A stretch of 64,000 nucleotides of DNA from an uncultured Verrucomicrobiae bacterium. Lineage in GTDB: Bacteria > Verrucomicrobiota > Verrucomicrobiia > Chthoniobacterales > JAFAMB01. Shown piece by piece: positions 63,700 through 64,000 of this stretch. The notes under the pieces were generated by a model. The model made no database searches. It was not told where the DNA came from and saw only the letters and a program-made list of their open reading frames with translations. The stretch covers positions 32,001 through 96,000 of the forward strand of contig CAWAIK010000005.1 in the NCBI GenBank assembly GCA_963782115.1, in the 5' to 3' direction. Both the position numbers and the translations under genes were made by a program. Every line of letters begins with the position of its first letter. Position 1 is the stretch's first letter.

Positions 63700-64000
63700 G
63701 TAGCACCCGAAAAACGGACGAGGACGAAGGACGAGTGGGAAAGGACGCTAAACAGATACGACGTCAAAACAGGGGAATCGTTCCGGCCGAATGATATCCT
63801 TCCAAGGACCAAGGAGATGTTCAACCCGGCCGTCCATGGTGTGGGGGAGGTTCCGTTATGGCGTCGGCGGACGCCCTGAGGAATTTTATTGGGTAAACCT
63901 GCCCCGTAAGGCTATCCTTTGGCGCTATTGCGGAGCTGGGATACCAAGGGCGAAGCCCTTGCATAGTTAGCTAGCTGGTTTAGAAAACAAATATGGCCAA

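Larger units (their letters stand above)
61880..63759. mobile_element. MITE of the 22700 family, split by a nested element
   Basis: 61887-62029 plus 63705-63759 align with the reverse complement of 22700-22891; flanks GCCGTCAA and GACGTCAA match at 7 of 8 positions. Confidence 0.85.

Overview
A 64-kb bacterial accessory region. The repeat families and gene content suggest a soil Verrucomicrobiota genome, but that is an inference. Intact genes include three aldo/keto reductases (two with Tat-like signals), an HD hydrolase, a 2022-aa kinase-like/AAA/GAF/PAS/histidine kinase, cupins, an outer-membrane barrel, DoxX, ArsR-SRPBCC, an exported amidohydrolase, a LacI-controlled galactoside operon (GH2, GH42, ABC transporter, two lacO-like operators), a CPA1 antiporter and a quinone oxidoreductase. 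These sit among many gene fragments and mobile DNA. An ISL3 splits the signal peptide of a diheme cytochrome c gene. There is also an IS5/ISNCY-like element, a DUF4338+DDE IS nested in a sister element, and several MITE families. Two elements stand out. The first is a 748-nt ORF-less group II intron inserted in a REP hairpin flanking a REP-associated tyrosine transposase (RAYT), with a putative EBS1 loop complementary to the REP. The second is a transposase-free TG...CA element with a 5-bp target duplication that carries a sugar-binding-protein gene and sits inside a MITE. Several frameshifts could be sequencing or assembly errors rather than real pseudogenes. All family calls come from reading motifs by eye; no database search was run.
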